A stretch of DNA of 64,000 nt from Nitrospirales bacterium (GCA_965203295.1 CBDBCZ010000013.1:640001-704000), one strand, 5' to 3'; numbered from the stretch's first letter, positions 1-24,739 are shown. Notes: generated by a model not told the origin, from the sequence alone. Translations and numbers: made by a program.

Positions 1-23
1 GATTATATGAATTCTCAGCTCAC

Positions 24-1255
24 TTTCTCCCTGGTTTCTTATATTTGACTGGTTTTTCCCCGGTTTGATCGTGTTGCATCTGGGAAGTTGTCCCCTCCTA
101 CATGTAGTGACCGCCATTTCCTTTCTTGCCGACATGGCTGTTCCCTGTCCCCCACTTTCTTGCTGTGCTGGTGTGGCACCCTCTCCTATTGTGAGTTGAA
201 TGGAAGATTGAATTTGATTAGCTATGACATTAATTTTGTGTAATACAGATAGTGACTGATAGATCATTGTTACAGCTTAAATTAGGGCTAACTGACCAAA
301 TATAATAGTAATCTTTGATCACCAAAATGTATAAAAGGGGGGGGGGGAGTCATGTATCCCTATAGCTACAGCCAAAATTCAGAGTATAAATAAAGTGCTT
401 TGTTGATAGGTCATGACCTGGTCTTAGCTTTTGATCTAGAAACGTTACCTCCTGCAGTTTCGTCCTCTCCTTCACTGTCTCTCCTGGCTTTTTCTTCATC
501 TCTGCCCTTTCCTTCATTCTTCCCAACCCCTTCCCCATCACTGCTGCCTCCAAGACTACTATGGCTTCCGAGATGGTTTGCTCGTTTTGGATGCGCTGTC
601 TGAGACTTTGTTCCCTGAGGAGATCTCGAGCCACCAGTTCTCGCTGCTCTCGGGGGGAACTGCCCTAGAGTCATTGGTTGTGGTTGTGACACACACAGAC
701 CTGAGTGAAATGTTAAATAGCTATATAAAGCTGCTTTCCATTGCAACATGATCTCTATCTACATGGTATTGAGGCTTATACTATAAAGGAAGACTAACCG
801 GTTTTTGTAACACTCAAGGAATGCTGCAGTTGTCTTGCCCCATGACCTGTGAAATTCGAAACAGCAGTATAAAATAAGTACATTAGTAATCTTGTCTGTA
901 AAGAACATAGCTATAGCTACATAATATTTAGCTAGTCTTGCAAGAAATCGAGATAGTTAGCTAGCTAGCTCTTTCGAGTAGCCCTAGCTGCAAAATGGTG
1001 TATGTATTGCTACCACTTCTGATCATGCATGATGCAACCGTGATAAGTATGGACTTGCTATATATAGCCAAACAAAGAATGAAACACAAAGCAAACTTGG
1101 CATAAGCCAGTTACACTCTTTGTGCTCGCCCGACTAGTAAAAATTTCTCTAGGAAGCTAGGCTATTATAACACTGCAATAACATTCACCCCAGTTTACCT
1201 TTCTTAATAAGAGAATTTCTGCGCTCCATTTTCAGCACCTCATTCAACAGCACAC
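24..1255 (-). other. Possible exon fragments of an unresolved spliced gene
   Basis: Short open segments flanked by AG/GT on the minus strand (about 1255-1199 VLLNEVLKMERRNSLIKK, 847-800 SWGKTTAAFLECYKN, about 700-418, about 186-24). Phases could not be joined consistently and no domain was recognised. Confidence 0.3.
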
Positions 1256-1909
1256 TGTATACTTACTACTCAAATTTTGTATGCTCAATAGCTAGCTTGC
1301 CTGTTGTCCATCCATGTGAGTGCAGTTTGTTTGATAATGGCAACAGAGCAACCCTTTTATAGCACTGCCCCTTATCATACTTCTCAGATGCACAGACAGT
1401 CATTTCCTTGTTTATTTTGTCTGGGGAGTGTGCGTAGCTATGAATGTCTGCATTCCATGTTTACTTTGGCTTGAAAGAATGATTGAGTAGCTATGTAGCT
1501 AATGAGAGAATGCGGAAAGATGCCCTTCTAGCTTGGATGCTACTAGCTAATGAGTGGAATGCTCATCAGTTGCTGGCAGGTATACATTTTTAGCATCAAA
1601 AATGACAGATAGCTAGCTAGCTAGCTATAATGTTTGATGCAAACATACTCCATATACTACTTACTCCAACATGTATGGTTGTTGAAAGGTAAAGATGACC
1701 ATTTTATCATGAGCAGCTACAGCATTGTTCTAGTAGCTATAGCAGAAGCAGTTTTGTTCTAGTTTTTGTATTTCGGATATTGCTAATATATTGATGTAAT
1801 GTTTACATTAACTGCACAAGCAAGAGAGTACTTCCTTCATTCCATGCATAGCTAATACAATGAAGCAGTATGACGATATGGTGTCATGGCAAAGCCACTG
1901 TTCCATCAG

Positions 1910-2190
1910 TTTGGGAATGGGATCATGAGTAAAATCAGAGCCAGTACCGGTATGAGGTAATGCTGAACCCCAGTCATGGAGGGCTGAAAAGGAGTGATGA
2001 GTGAAGCCAATTAAGCAAGGCTGGAATGGGGTCAGAGGTGAATCCAGGTCTGGAATAGAGTCATGAGCTAGGAAGTTAGGACTGGAACTGGGTCAAGAGT
2101 GAAGCCATGCAAGGCTGGAATGGAGTGATGACTGATGTGTGAAGCCAATGCAAGCATGGTCATGATTGAAGCCAGGGCTCTGGAATGGGG
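1910..2190. repeat. Degenerate ~30-bp minisatellite (ggctggaatggggtcatgagtgaagcca-like)
   Basis: About 8 diverged copies of a ggaatgg...catgagtgaagcca motif. Confidence 0.6.
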
Positions 2191-2624
2191 AGTGTCAATT
2201 ACAAAATTGTCTGTGCTATTCACATTTCCTCAATATACTGTCTAGACAGTTATCTCCGGAAAGACCTTATTTAATTACTCTGTGACTGGAATAATTGGTG
2301 TCTTGCATTTCACATATTTCCGTTTACGGAACTATGATTGTACTTGCGCAAAGTTTCGGGTAGGGTTAGGGTCAACATATTTTTCACGAGCCCTAATTTT
2401 TCGCCGTGCCGTTATGTGCATCGCATAATTATTATGTCACGGCATAGTCCACCGCTGGGGATAATCTCGCGTGGAGAGACTCTCGCGAGGGGCGGGGTAC
2501 CCCAGACTACGCTGGGGGTGGAGCTGCACGTGTCGTCACACTAGCGGGTGGGGCTACAGTTAGCTGCACGCCGCATCATCTAATCGGTAACATCATAGAT
2601 GGAGTTCCGATTATCTATGGTAAC

Positions 2625-8359
<5,735 letters not shown>

Positions 8360-8637
8360 GAACATCACTGTAACATTCATGTTGTTGGCTACTTAATATA
8401 CACACTGAGTTCATAACCATAAGCCTTATTATAGTGTGAGAAATGCTGACTTCGCCTCCCCATGCATGCCTGGATTTATGTACGCACTCCTGCATGATAT
8501 ATAGTTGTATAGGTTAAATTCCTGCCCAGCAGGATATAAGACCCGTTATACCCCAAGGGAAAGGTCAGTGCTTGAGTGTCGAGGGTACAGCCCAAGACAC
8601 GTCCTCAGCTTCACAAAAGCACTGACGTCTCTCCCGA

Positions 8638-8730
8638 GGGAGGGGGGGAGGGAGGGAGGGAGGGATGAGGGAGGAGGGAGGGAGGGAGGAAGGGAGGAGG
8701 GAGGGAGGGAGGGAGGGAGGGAGGAGAGGG
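8638..8730. repeat. (GGAG)n purine-rich simple repeat
   Basis: Visible directly in the sequence. Confidence 0.85.
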
Positions 8731-9096
8731 AATGTCAACTTAGACTAAAAATGCTGCACTGATTAATAATAATTACTGGGGATAACAACAATAATTAGAA
8801 ATCAAGGGAATTATAATACAATTCTATTAGTGATACAAAACTAGAAATCAAGGGAAGATACAATTCTTACTAGTACTGATACAAAACTACATGTATGTTA
8901 ACACTACTGTAACAAATACATCAATGCATAATACTATGTCCATGCACTAATAATACATGCTATAGAGCACATGGCATACTTAACTATATATGCTTGCCAA
9001 CTAGCTACACACTACAGGACTGCGGATGTGCCTTCTATGGCATACATACATACAGAGTCTAGCGAAACTACAATATAATATAAGAGGGTCGTTCAG

Positions 9097-12000
9097 TTAA
9101 GGATGCTTGTATTTGAGCTCAAATTCCTCAGACTCAAGCGGTTCCTTCGCACCAGTAGATGGGTTGCGGTGCTGACAGACACATTTTATGGTCTCAATCA
9201 CGATAAAGGCAATAACCCACAGGATGAGCATCGTGATCCAGATAGCCCAGACTGGCACCGGAGGAATCACCAGGAACACACCAAGGGTGACCTGGACAAG
9301 ACCGAGACAGATGACCGACAGCCCCCAGATTCGATGGATCCACTCCCAGATCCTGCGCCACATGCTCTTAGAGCCATCTCTCTTCAGGTGGGGGCGGCTA
9401 CAAGTAAGAGAGTATGCAGTTAAAAGACAATAATATCCTATGGGCAGAAGCTTTCAGGCTTACAATATTCCAATAAAAGCTTGAAAGATGACCAGAGTTT
9501 CAAGGATGATCCCAATGATGGCGTGAGGGTGAGTGGGCTCGTCCGTCCCAAACAGGAATATAATAACAAAGGCCGGCATTGTCATCAAGACACCCAGGAC
9601 CTGCAGAATACAAAAGATCTTTATGGTCATAAGAGATCAAAGTATATACTCATACCCTAATGATCCCTATAATAAGGCTACAAGTGTACATGTACGCCAG
9701 TGATGATGAACTACTAAGCTGTTGCCTACCTGAACAGTAAAATGACTGTAGAACCAAACTTTGGACTTTGAGCATCGGCAGTAGCGAGCAATGATGAAGC
9801 CAGTGGGGAAGAGGATGCCAAACGCAACAGCCATCAACAACCCGTGGAGGTGGAGGTAGCTGAACCATTCCCCATCACAGCTCAAGGTCTCTGTTTGAGC
9901 AGGATCACCACGCAGGAGCCAAAGGTCATTCATTGCTGAATTGCTGTATAAAATAGAAAGTCAAAATTTCAGTAAAGGTGTTAATGAAGAAACCTTATTA
10001 AGTTGCCTAACTCACTCTGAGAGCCTCCGCCCACCAAATAAATAGACATCTCCGTTTGGGCCTGCAGCCATCATGTGACGTTGCCGACGGTCAGGATATG
10101 CATCAGGCACTGCAGCCTAATGAGAGAGAAGCAATCATCATTTACATTCCATTACAGTCACAAAAGAACAATATAAATGGTATGCTATATTTTGTGATCA
10201 AAGGGTTCAGCACCTACATGTATAGACACATGCAGCTGGCAGCAGGAAACTTGGACACGAGTGTCCAACAGGCTGCATGCATGTACGTATGTATTGGGGC
10301 AAGCTGGAGTGATAGACACTCTGAGGTAATGGTCAAATTGGATGCAGCTCTCCCACGATCATGCATGCAACTCACTTAATTAATAAAGGTTAATGGTGCA
10401 CTGCAATTCGTAATTGTTCAGGTAGTGATGTGCATGCATGCAATTCCTGAAATTTAACCAACTGTTGCAAATTCATTTATTTGAATGTAAGCAGAGATAA
10501 CGTTCATACTTATACTATCAACTAGCGTACGTAGAGCATGAAATTGTGCTGGGTGTAAAATTTCGCCAATTTTGCCAGTCAATTCAAGCAGTGAACTTTA
10601 TTCATTCATGAAAGCTGTTTCTGCCAGTAAAATAAGCCTCTACTATTGCTGCTATTGGTGATCAACAAAAGGCAACAGTGGCACGAAAAGAAAAGCTGGC
10701 AAATACTTTCCACAATACTTCATAACTGCAGTAATTGGTGAATTTTTTTCCATGGCAAAAATTTACCGCTATACGGTAAGTTGATAATAGATATATATTT
10801 CATCATTAAATTAATACTCACCTCGGTTCTGTATCTGGTCCAATCCTTCCCATCCACATCAACAACTGCTACCTCATACTCCGGCCAGTTCTTTACCTAT
10901 ACAGAGTAAGGTATAAATGGCAGATAAAATGACTGCCATAGAAATTTCTGAAAGTGTAAACAGGTGAAAATTATTGTAAATTGACCAGTTTTCACCAATA
11001 TTTGGTCGCTTAGCTATTTATGATGGTATTAATTTGATCGCTATAACACTCTTAATACCTAATAATAAGCTATAAGTAGTGCTGTTACAATCACATGAAT
11101 GTCAAAGGCACTATCTTATCTTTCATAAAAGCATTGCAATCAAATTATATCCACTTAAAATGCGAGTATACACTGACTTCGCTCCACCCCTAGAATACAG
11201 GCTGAGCGTACACACGGGTAGCTAAAGAGTGGTAAATAATCTCTCTGTTCTTTTTCTGTGTTATTCATTGAGCTCCAATTACAGATTCATCGGAGATATT
11301 ATTACCACACAAGTGGTTAGTAAAATTGCACACACAGCCATTCCATAACGTTATAGCTGTAACACTGACGTACTATCAGGGAGAGCTACGTACAGACAAA
11401 ATAAATGCAAATATTGATGAGTGCTGCAAGTGCTGTTTTCTGCAGAATATAAAATCAACGACTCTCAGTGTCTGGGACTAACTGTCAACACTGTATGATA
11501 TAAGTTTGGGGGTAGACGTCGAGGTGGGAGGTAACTCAAGCTAGAGTTAATTACTGGATTTAGACCTATCCACTAGCTGCCCTATAGGCTGTATAGGTGG
11601 TATACTGACGCTGCTGCTGGGGTCCCTGCACATAACAACCACACCCCATCAAGCGGATGTCACGGGTTACCGGAAGACAGGGCTTAGAGCTCTGCCCCTC
11701 TCATCATCAATAATTAATTCCTTGGAGTGTACACTCTCACCTGAACCATGCCAAAGATGCTACAGTAGGCAAGTCAAACTGCTGCAGGCACCTTCAACTG
11801 GCCTAGTGCCGCATGGCTCATAGGGTGTGGCATGTGCATGTGCATGGCTCATTGGGTGTGCAGCATGTACATGACACATTAATGACATTCACTATACATT
11901 CATGGTGCTAACTTTTAAGTGCTTAAGTGGCGACAAGTGTCAAAATTTAATAGATACTGACCAGCAGGTGTCTATCAGATATAAGTACCTCATTAAGCAG

Positions 12001-13422
12001 CCACACATCATTATTCATAACTATATTTTAAAAATGCCCTTTTAGGCGGTATATGCATCATTCATGGTTCTTCTTTCTATACAAACATACAAACAAATAT
12101 ATGCTAAACTTACGCGGATGATTTGCTCGGTGTGGAAGGAAGTTCCACCATAGAGCACGGCTTTCCCAGGGTCATTGCTCAAGGGAGCCATCCGGCCCCA
12201 AGTTCTAGGGGAGATACAGCGAGGTAGCTCTGTCCACTTGTTGAGGTTAAAGTACCAATTATCATTGGTGGGGCACGGACCTCCAGCTGTTCCTCCTCTG
12301 CAGTATAGGGTATAGAAAGTGTATAATGTATCATTCAATTTTTGCATCATAAAAATTAACAAGCCGTTAGAGACAGTACATTAGCATGTAAATTGTATAT
12401 AGGGAATGCACGTGCATGTGCACTCGTGAAGTAGTGAAAAGCTTGAAAATGAAGCACTGCAGCCAGCTCTAAACCTAGCCTCCTAGCCCCTAACCAAACC
12501 CTAACCCAACCCCAACCCTAACCCAACCCCAACCCCAACCCTAACCCAACCCCAACCCCAACCCTAACCCTAAAAATAGGCGGATGCTAACGTACTGTCT
12601 CTAACGGAAATTAAAATTTATTCATGACATTGTATGCACTGTCATACAATATTTTAAATACAGACACACATGCAGTAACTCCTTGATGCATACTCCAACA
12701 ATAATAGCTACATAGTCTGAAGCTGCATACCTCGTACATCCCCCGAAAATTACCAGCTGTTCTGGGCGGACAACTGCAGATCCTTGCAGACACCTCCCAT
12801 GAGGAGCCAGAGGATTAAACTGGTTTCCATTGCTGGGCTGCCCGAACACCCTCACCCAGGTAGCAGTGGTTGGACTACGGAATATCAGCTTGTAGGTGTC
12901 AATATACCGCGTAGCGTGGGTGGTTGTCAGAGTGAACCCTGCACCCATCCAAAACTCGTTTGTTGCAGGCCCGTAAACTGCGCCGAAGTGCCCTCCATAA
13001 CGTATCGGCGGAACGGGGCCATCTGTTGTCACTTCACTCCACTGCCTGGTAACGAAGCTGAACGCCCACGTATCACCGTATTCCTGCGAACCTATACCAT
13101 GCGACATTACAAGAAGTGATTCGCCACTAACGTTCACGACTCCGTAGAAGGAATATAGTCGACCCACTGGCGCCGAAGCGGGGGTCGCTTGTTCCCACAT
13201 GTTGGTTCCGACGTCGTACAGCCACGTGTCGTTCGGAACCCCGCTGCCTCCAAATAGGACTAGCTGGTTGGAAACGCTGTCGTAGCCGAAGGCTCCTCCA
13301 ATTCGTGCTCCGGGCGACTCTGCTGACAGAGGCGTGATCCGCGTCCAAGTGAGTCCCTGCGCTCTACACGCGGGCGCAAAGGCACAAAAACTAACAAACA
13401 CGAACAAAAACAGAGACTTCAT
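9097..13422 (-). CDS. Signal peptide + Kelch-repeat beta-propeller + cytochrome b561 transmembrane domain, paralog A (7 exons, ~570 aa)
   Basis: Exons 13422-12731, 12297-12114, 10896-10822, 10116-10016, 9943-9730, 9600-9464, 9397-9097, phase-consistent. Signal peptide MKSLFLFVFVSFCAFAPACRA. Kelch motifs LVLFGG..NDTWLYD..WE, LVIFGG, VLYGG, VYLFGG..NDLWLL. b561 His motifs [33 protein letters not shown]. Confidence 0.85.
12364..12607. mobile_element. MITE with 24-bp TIRs enclosing degenerate telomeric (CCCTAA/CCCAA) repeats
   Basis: ccgttagagacagtacattagcat (12364-12387) vs atgctaacgtactgtctctaacgg (12584-12607), 1 mismatch. Telomere-like tract about 12470-12573. No clear TSD. Confidence 0.75.
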
Positions 13423-16099
13423 TCTGACTCGCGAAAAATCAGCGACTGCGTATTAAATTAAACTGTAGCTAGCTGATTTATATTGGGGCGAGACTGAGCT
13501 GTACGCTAAGGTTGCTGTATTATATGTATTATTCATGATGATGTCATCGGTCTGGCAGGCCATTTGAGATACATGTACATGCTAGAGCGTAACCGCTGTG
13601 CATAATCGAATACATGTACTTAACCAATTATTATTGTTCACCCTCAGGTAAGGGAAAACGAGTACATGCAGCCATACACTATAATAGTAACAATGTACGC
13701 GACAAAACTGCATTGTATAAGCTATATAACAGTACATGTACATGGTCTTGTAAGTAGAATCAAACCATAGTGAGTGACAAGGCCAATGACAGGTGTTGTA
13801 CAGCCTGACCACCATCACAAAACCTACAGCACAGCTACAGATCAAGTTCCATTGGCCACACAAGGTCTCCTACAGACTGCAACAGAGACATCACATAGCT
13901 ATAGAGTTACAGAAATGTTGGGTATATAGATTCTCTTGCAACATGTAGCTGGCTAGAACGGAGAAAATTATCCACCGGCCCAGTGATTCAAAAGATGGTT
14001 TAGCTATAGGCACGTTCAGCGCCTCTTTTGTCTCTGGACTCAACGGGGACAACCCTAGATCACTCCATTGTCTCTAGCATATCTAGGTACTAAGCCTCCA
14101 GTGTCATTCTCGAGACTTTGGCTTGAAACTTGCAGACAGACTGAATGTTCACCGCAAAATCTCCAGGGTGAATTCCAAACTGAAGTCAAGTTGCATCAGA
14201 TTCAGTTGCAGTCCATGCATTGATCCACGCAGCATCCCAATCCTGCTCACTAAATAATAGAGGGCTGAGATTACATCGATCCTTGCACAAGTATATTAAC
14301 TTAATATCTAATGTGAATATAGCTAGCTATATACTTAACTTCCAAAGTCTACAGCTAGACTTAGCTAAGTACTGTATCCCACCATTCAACCCAATAGTTA
14401 GTTTATAAATATTGCTCATGCACTTCTATCCAAGCAATGTCATGGTTTGGTTCCGCCTCTTTTCTGGTACAAGCGATCATTAGTTGCTTTCTGGATATGC
14501 AATATGGTATGGCAGCGGGGGTAATGCAGTATTAGGGCAAACAAAACTCACCAGCTACAATTGAAGTAGCTAACCTATAGCTAATTGAGATAACCTTCTC
14601 TTTTTTCAGTGTACCACCTAATTTGCAAAAAAAAAACAGAAGAAAACTGCGCTATGAAGGTAGCTACCCCATTGCGCTGGGACTTGCATCCACTCCGGTT
14701 TTGTAGGTTATGTCTGTCATGTACAGAACTGTAGCTATACTCAAGATGTGAGAGACAGAGTTTAAATACAATGGAAGGGGAAGAGAAACTGAAGTGATAA
14801 AGATAACAACAAGAGTGGAAAGAAGCAAGGCTAAATGTAGAAGATCTCAAAGAAATGAACATGCATGATTAGTCATCTTTTGTTTTAGAAGAGTTTATAG
14901 TAGCCAATAAAATGTGATGGGATCCAGGAAGAAAAAAAACATATAGGATCAATGTTTAATTAGAATCGCAAGGTTGAAAACATTGTTTGCTTAGTATGTA
15001 GAGGGAGGGACAGGAATGTCAAATTAAAGAAGAGAATTAAGAGGACCAAGAATGAAGCCTGGGTACTCCAGAATGTACATTCTCACTTTTAGAAGAAAAC
15101 AAAAACCTGTAATTAAGTTTATTAGAGAAAAACCGTTCAACTTGCCTATCCTATAATTTAATTTAGACATAGCACTAGCATTAAATATGAGTTGCTTTTG
15201 TTAAATACCTAATTAGCTATAGTTGTAGTATTCCCACCCTTGAAGTCCTAGTTTTAGTAGTTAACTAAATCTGTTTTTGCCTCTACTAAAAGATGTTAAA
15301 TCTGCTTTCAGTTTCAGTTAACTGGGAATGAGGCTACTTTATAGTTAACCCTTTACCAACCATAAGAAACAGATTAAAGAAGCAGAAAAGCCTGTACATG
15401 TACAAAGTATTAACACCTAATATTAAAACCCCATATAGATTCATATGGGCTTATGGGAGCTCATGACGCACATATGCGTCATTGGTTGGTAAAGAGTTAA
15501 ACCACCCCTAGGCACATTTACCAGTGCATGTAATACATGAGACAGTTCCAGGTAGCTAAACCCCGAGAGAGAAGCCCGAGGGGTATACTGAAGGGGAACT
15601 GTCGAGTGTATTACTGGTAAATGAGTCTGTGGGCGGGGGGCTAACAGTGATAGTTATACAACTGCAACTACACTGCAAAAATGCCAGTGCCGAAACAGCA
15701 CGCGGACAAGCCGAGCATGCGTGTTGTTCATCAGATCTCGTGTTGAAACGGCACATCGCCCGATACGCGAGTGTTGCATCAACCCTCCGTGTGGAATTAG
15801 CACATCGCTATGTGCTAAAAAGCTGTAGGGGCGGAGCTAGTCTCGTGCCCAGACCTTGGCTCTTCCCCATAATCGTATCCCGAGGGGAGGAGCCGAAATG
15901 TAGCTCAAAAATTTGATAATTAGCGCAGGTCCTCTTCCTTTCTTTTTTGCAGCTGTGTTCTCTTTGGCCTGGGCAATTTCTACTCTCGCGCAAATGTAAT
16001 GTATCCACTCACAGTCGCCTACGGACCAATCCACTATTCTTCTCATCTGGCGAAATGACTGTTTTGTAACTGCTACAAGTAGCTGTGGGAATAAGTATA

Positions 16100-16470
16100 G
16101 GATATATCACGCCTACTCGGAGTATAAACGCAGATATACTCCGCTAGACGGTTTACCCAAGGCGATAGCCGAGGGTAAACAGCCTAGCGGAGTATATCGC
16201 GTTTATACTCCGAGTAGGCGTGGTATATCCGGCTTATACAACATTTGACCAATCAGTGGAGTAGGTACCTGGAAACGCTGGGCTAGCATTCCCAGAGGCA
16301 GTAGTTATTTACGATGTCATAATACATGAAAACATAAAAGTAGTATAATAAAACATGAAAACATAAAAGTAGTATAATAAAACATGAAAACATAAACGTA
16401 GTATATGACCCTTTATACTCCGCTTCTGCTCCAATCAAACACCTTGGATGTGATGTAATGTGGTATAAGT
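16100..16470. mobile_element. Non-autonomous element with ~130-bp near-perfect palindrome and internal 29-bp tandem repeat
   Basis: Arms about 16100-16159 and 16173-16230 are reverse complements. Second short IR cttatac...gtataag. Unit aaaacatgaaaacataaaagtagtataat about 3 copies at 16323-16406. Confidence 0.6.
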
Positions 16471-17138
16471 GTTAATTTAGATACCCTGGGTTGCATATAT
16501 TCTGTACATTAATTTTTTATACCAGAATTGAGAGTGTATGCATGAATTAGTCTTAGGTTGTTGAGACTACGTACAAACTTCACAATTCATTTCATGGAGA
16601 TGGAGAAGTATATATATATGTACACACCACAACTACTATAAAACTCGATTGAACACTATGCAGTTACTGCAACAGCTTGAACCTCCAGATCCCCCTCATG
16701 CTAGCAATAGTGTTATGGTGGTCCATTGAACAACCCACTGCACAGGCAAACGAGGCACCAAAAACTGCAAAATGAAGCACAATAGTGCTGCACAACTTGC
16801 ATAGCATTTGGGAGTTTCAAGATATGTCTCAGTGATTGTCTGAGGAAGTCACTTCTCATGAAGCTCCATACTACGTAACAGTCATGCAGAGTGAGGTTTA
16901 ACGCATGGATGTGTTATATATATTACTAGATAACAAACATTCTACTGTAAAATTATAATGCAGAATATAAACTAAATAAAGTAATAGGCATACAAGAGGG
17001 TGGTTCAGTCACTAAGGATGCTTGTACTTGACACACTACAATGCAATAAACTATAATAAGCGTGCATATAAAATACGCATGCAGATGCACGACTGTAGAT
17101 CAGCCACACACTACACAACTAATAAAAGAGCAGCCCAG

Positions 17139-21548
<4,410 letters not shown>

Positions 21549-22674
21549 TTCTTGTTGCGTGTAATAAAAGCGTTACAAGCGCCAACAAATGGCGAGCCCA
21601 ACAATTACGTCTTTACTACGCACACCCTCTGTGTATAGTAAGCATGTATATGCGCATGCGCACTCAATGTATAGGCGGGGATCTAGACCTTGTGCACCTG
21701 TATGACTGCTCCTGTGTACATCAGAAATTGTTGTTGGGGCACCTGCTGATGCAGCATAGTGACTCCTTGTGCTTGGCCCATGCAAGCAGGTGGTATCTTC
21801 TGTATTAGGTATCAAGGGTAATTCCATGCCAAATCAACACAAAAAAAATGACGACCCTCTCAGATTTCCACGAAACTTGGTACATATGTACCCTATGTGA
21901 AGTTATTAATCCACAGTGATTATTAGCCTCATACGTGGTATGGCTTCTGTGTTACAGCCAGCCAAAAACTCAATTTTTCGTCAAATTTTCGGCTACCTGT
22001 TTCTACATAATTGACCATAACTATTACTACGATTGTCTGTGCAAGATGAACATTGCACCATCTTGTACATTAGTAGATACCCTTTCAGCTGATATAGTGC
22101 AAGTGATAATTTGATTATGTTGAGGTCAAAGGTTATGGTGTATATACTTGACCTTTGCCCCCTTGAAAAACGGATTCTTCAATTGTTCTAATTTTTTCCC
22201 AAATGTTCTCTAGATCTTCATGTTGAGATGGTATTATTTTATTTTAATTTTGGGACTGCCATGGGATTAGGAGATACAGAGAGTAGAGTAATAGCCAGTA
22301 GGGTGTTTTTCATGTATGTCCACACATACCTGGGATTTGTTTTGGTGTGAGGTCAAGTACTACATGATTGGGTGAGCAGACTGGTTTAATACACTCATTT
22401 TACATGTAGTGAGTTATAGTTTTGTATATTCCTGAACGTAGATGGGAGTGGAGCTGCACAAATCCACAAGATTCCCGCAATCAAACAGAGCTCTCACACT
22501 TGAGACACTGCTGTGAAAGGGGATGAAGCAAAAGTTAAGTTTCGTGTACACCACTGACTGCATGGTGGTGCCACTGTGACCTGGCTATCAAATTTTCTAC
22601 CAGCACAATATTAGTGTGATTGTGAATTCAAGTGTGCCCTAATATATTATTAATAGTATAATATGATGATCAAT

Positions 22675-22768
22675 CCTGAACCAAACATCACTTTTCCCTT
22701 CACAATGGTGGCACTCTCTGAACACCTCTCAAGTGAAGTGGTTGGTCCTATCTTCCCAATTATTACAG
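22675..22768 (+). pseudogene. Isolated FN3 exon remnant related to the downstream Ig/FN3 receptors
   Basis: FTMVALSEHLSSEVVGPI followed by a GT donor, matching FTMVALSEYLPSEMVGPI in exon 37392-37694. Confidence 0.55.
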
Positions 22769-23259
22769 GTATGGGCCTCACAGTACCGGTATGGCATCGG
22801 TATGTCAATTTTTCTTCCAGCTCAGTGCAAAGCATACATAGAACTGTTTCATGTGAAATATACTGAGCATTCATACAAAATATTGTATAGTTCATAATTA
22901 TAGTATCGTTAATGTTAAATTAAATAACTTAGCTGTATGAAAGAACTTGCAGTAGCTGCCATGAGTGAACTTAGCTATGTTATGAGAAATCTGTATTGTT
23001 TGAATAGTTTGTTTTGCTCACAGAAACAATAAGTTACTGAGGTGAATAATAGTCACCTATCAAACTGTTTACATGTACAGACAAACCATTTTGCACATGT
23101 ATTCTCTTTTTATGACTTACGGTCATGGTGCTTAGTCACAACACACATGTTTTTTTTATGGTATGGTTTTAATAAAGGTCAATGCATATAGATTTGGAAC
23201 TTAACCACTAATTATGGGAGAGTTATGACTGGGTGACAATTCTAGTTACCAGTGCAATA

Positions 23260-24150
23260 AATGGTTCCTTCTCATAAATCTCGTGTCTTACCTGGTGTTC
23301 TTTAAGGCTCTATCCTTGTACCTTTTCCTTTTCATTAATAGCCGATCCAATAATACCTCTTCTCTCCTCTGCTAAATTAACTATGTATGCTGATGATATT
23401 CTGCTATCTCATTCAATTAACTCTCCTTCTGATTTTCCCTCTATTCAGTCTAACCTTAACTTCATTTCATCCTGGTTTTCTTCAAATTTACTCACAGTTA
23501 GCTAGTTCTTCTAAAACTATCGTCTTCCTTAAAAGTACGCCTTTTCTTTTGCCACTTTCCCCACTGTACATTAACAATTCTCAACTTATTAACTCGTTAC
23601 ATATTATAAATATCTTGGTGTTCAAATCTTTCCTGGTCTTTTCATATTCAGCACATCTGATCTAAATCTAGAAAATTAATTGGCTTTCTCTTATGTCTTT
23701 CTCTATAGTGCTTATTCGCCCCCATCTGGAGTATTTGCTCCACAGTGTGGGACCCATCCTCTCCCTCCTTCATCTCTTGATAAACTACAATACTCATGCA
23801 TTATTGACAAACTCTGTTCTAAACAATGGTCTTCTCCCTACTCCTCTCTGCTCCAATTCTTCAACTATCCTTCTCTTAGTCTTCACCGTCAGTATACTCT
23901 AAAGTTACTTTTCTATTAAAGGTTCTTCATGGTCTTACTTTTTTCATTCTGGCTCTATTAATTTGCACCACTTTCCTCATATGTCTTTTCGCTCCTTTCA
24001 CCCTCTGAACTTACACAATCCCTTTGCTCAATCTTCTGCTTACCTGAATTCTTTCGCCCCAAGTGTTTGTCGTCTCTGGAATTGTCTACCTATAGCTCTT
24101 AAGGTCTGCCCATCCCTCCCAAGTTTTGAATTTCATTTACGTAAATATAA
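23260..24150 (+). mobile_element. Decayed non-LTR retrotransposon (CR1/L2-like) reverse transcriptase 3' fragment
   Basis: YADDILL at about 23386, GV.GSIL-like motif at about 23293, LIRPHLEY and WNCLP motifs across frameshifts and stops. Confidence 0.7.
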
Positions 24151-24708
24151 TTTTGTGTGTTTAGTTAGCATATTGTTCATGTGCATTATTGCTATTGTCG
24201 ATCTTTTTGTTCCCGGCTGTTTTTTTTAGACATGAAATGTCAGACTTGTTTCAGAGCCACCACAACTCCAAATAACCTCGTACCAAGGGCTAAACTCCAA
24301 AAGATTCGCTAAATCTAATCAGCGTTTCGTTATAGATTTTCTTTCAAACGGAAGTTGATACAAGGAAACAAGATGTTATTACAAGATAACGAGATGTTAT
24401 TACAAGATAACATAATACGTAACGACACATGTTTCCCTGTATATTGCGTAATGTTACACATGCTTCCAGGACTTGCTAGTGCGTATTTTCAAGCTAGCTT
24501 GGAGCTGGAGACTCCGAAAATCCACCAAGGTGAGATATTTTGTTAATGCAGAAGAGCTCATTTCGCGCAGCCACTATTTGTACTTCCTGTATATTCATGA
24601 GACCCCGGCCTGACTACTAATTTAACTGAAAATGCTGGAGCAACCTACAAGTAGGTTTTCTTTTGAGCTACCTGCATATGGGCCGCGTAGAAATATGGAA
24701 GGGTGTGT

Positions 24709-24739
<31 letters not shown>

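Noticed and set aside
12470..12573. True telomere or chromosome-fusion site
   Set aside because: Short, degenerate, single orientation and enclosed by TIRs inside an intron.
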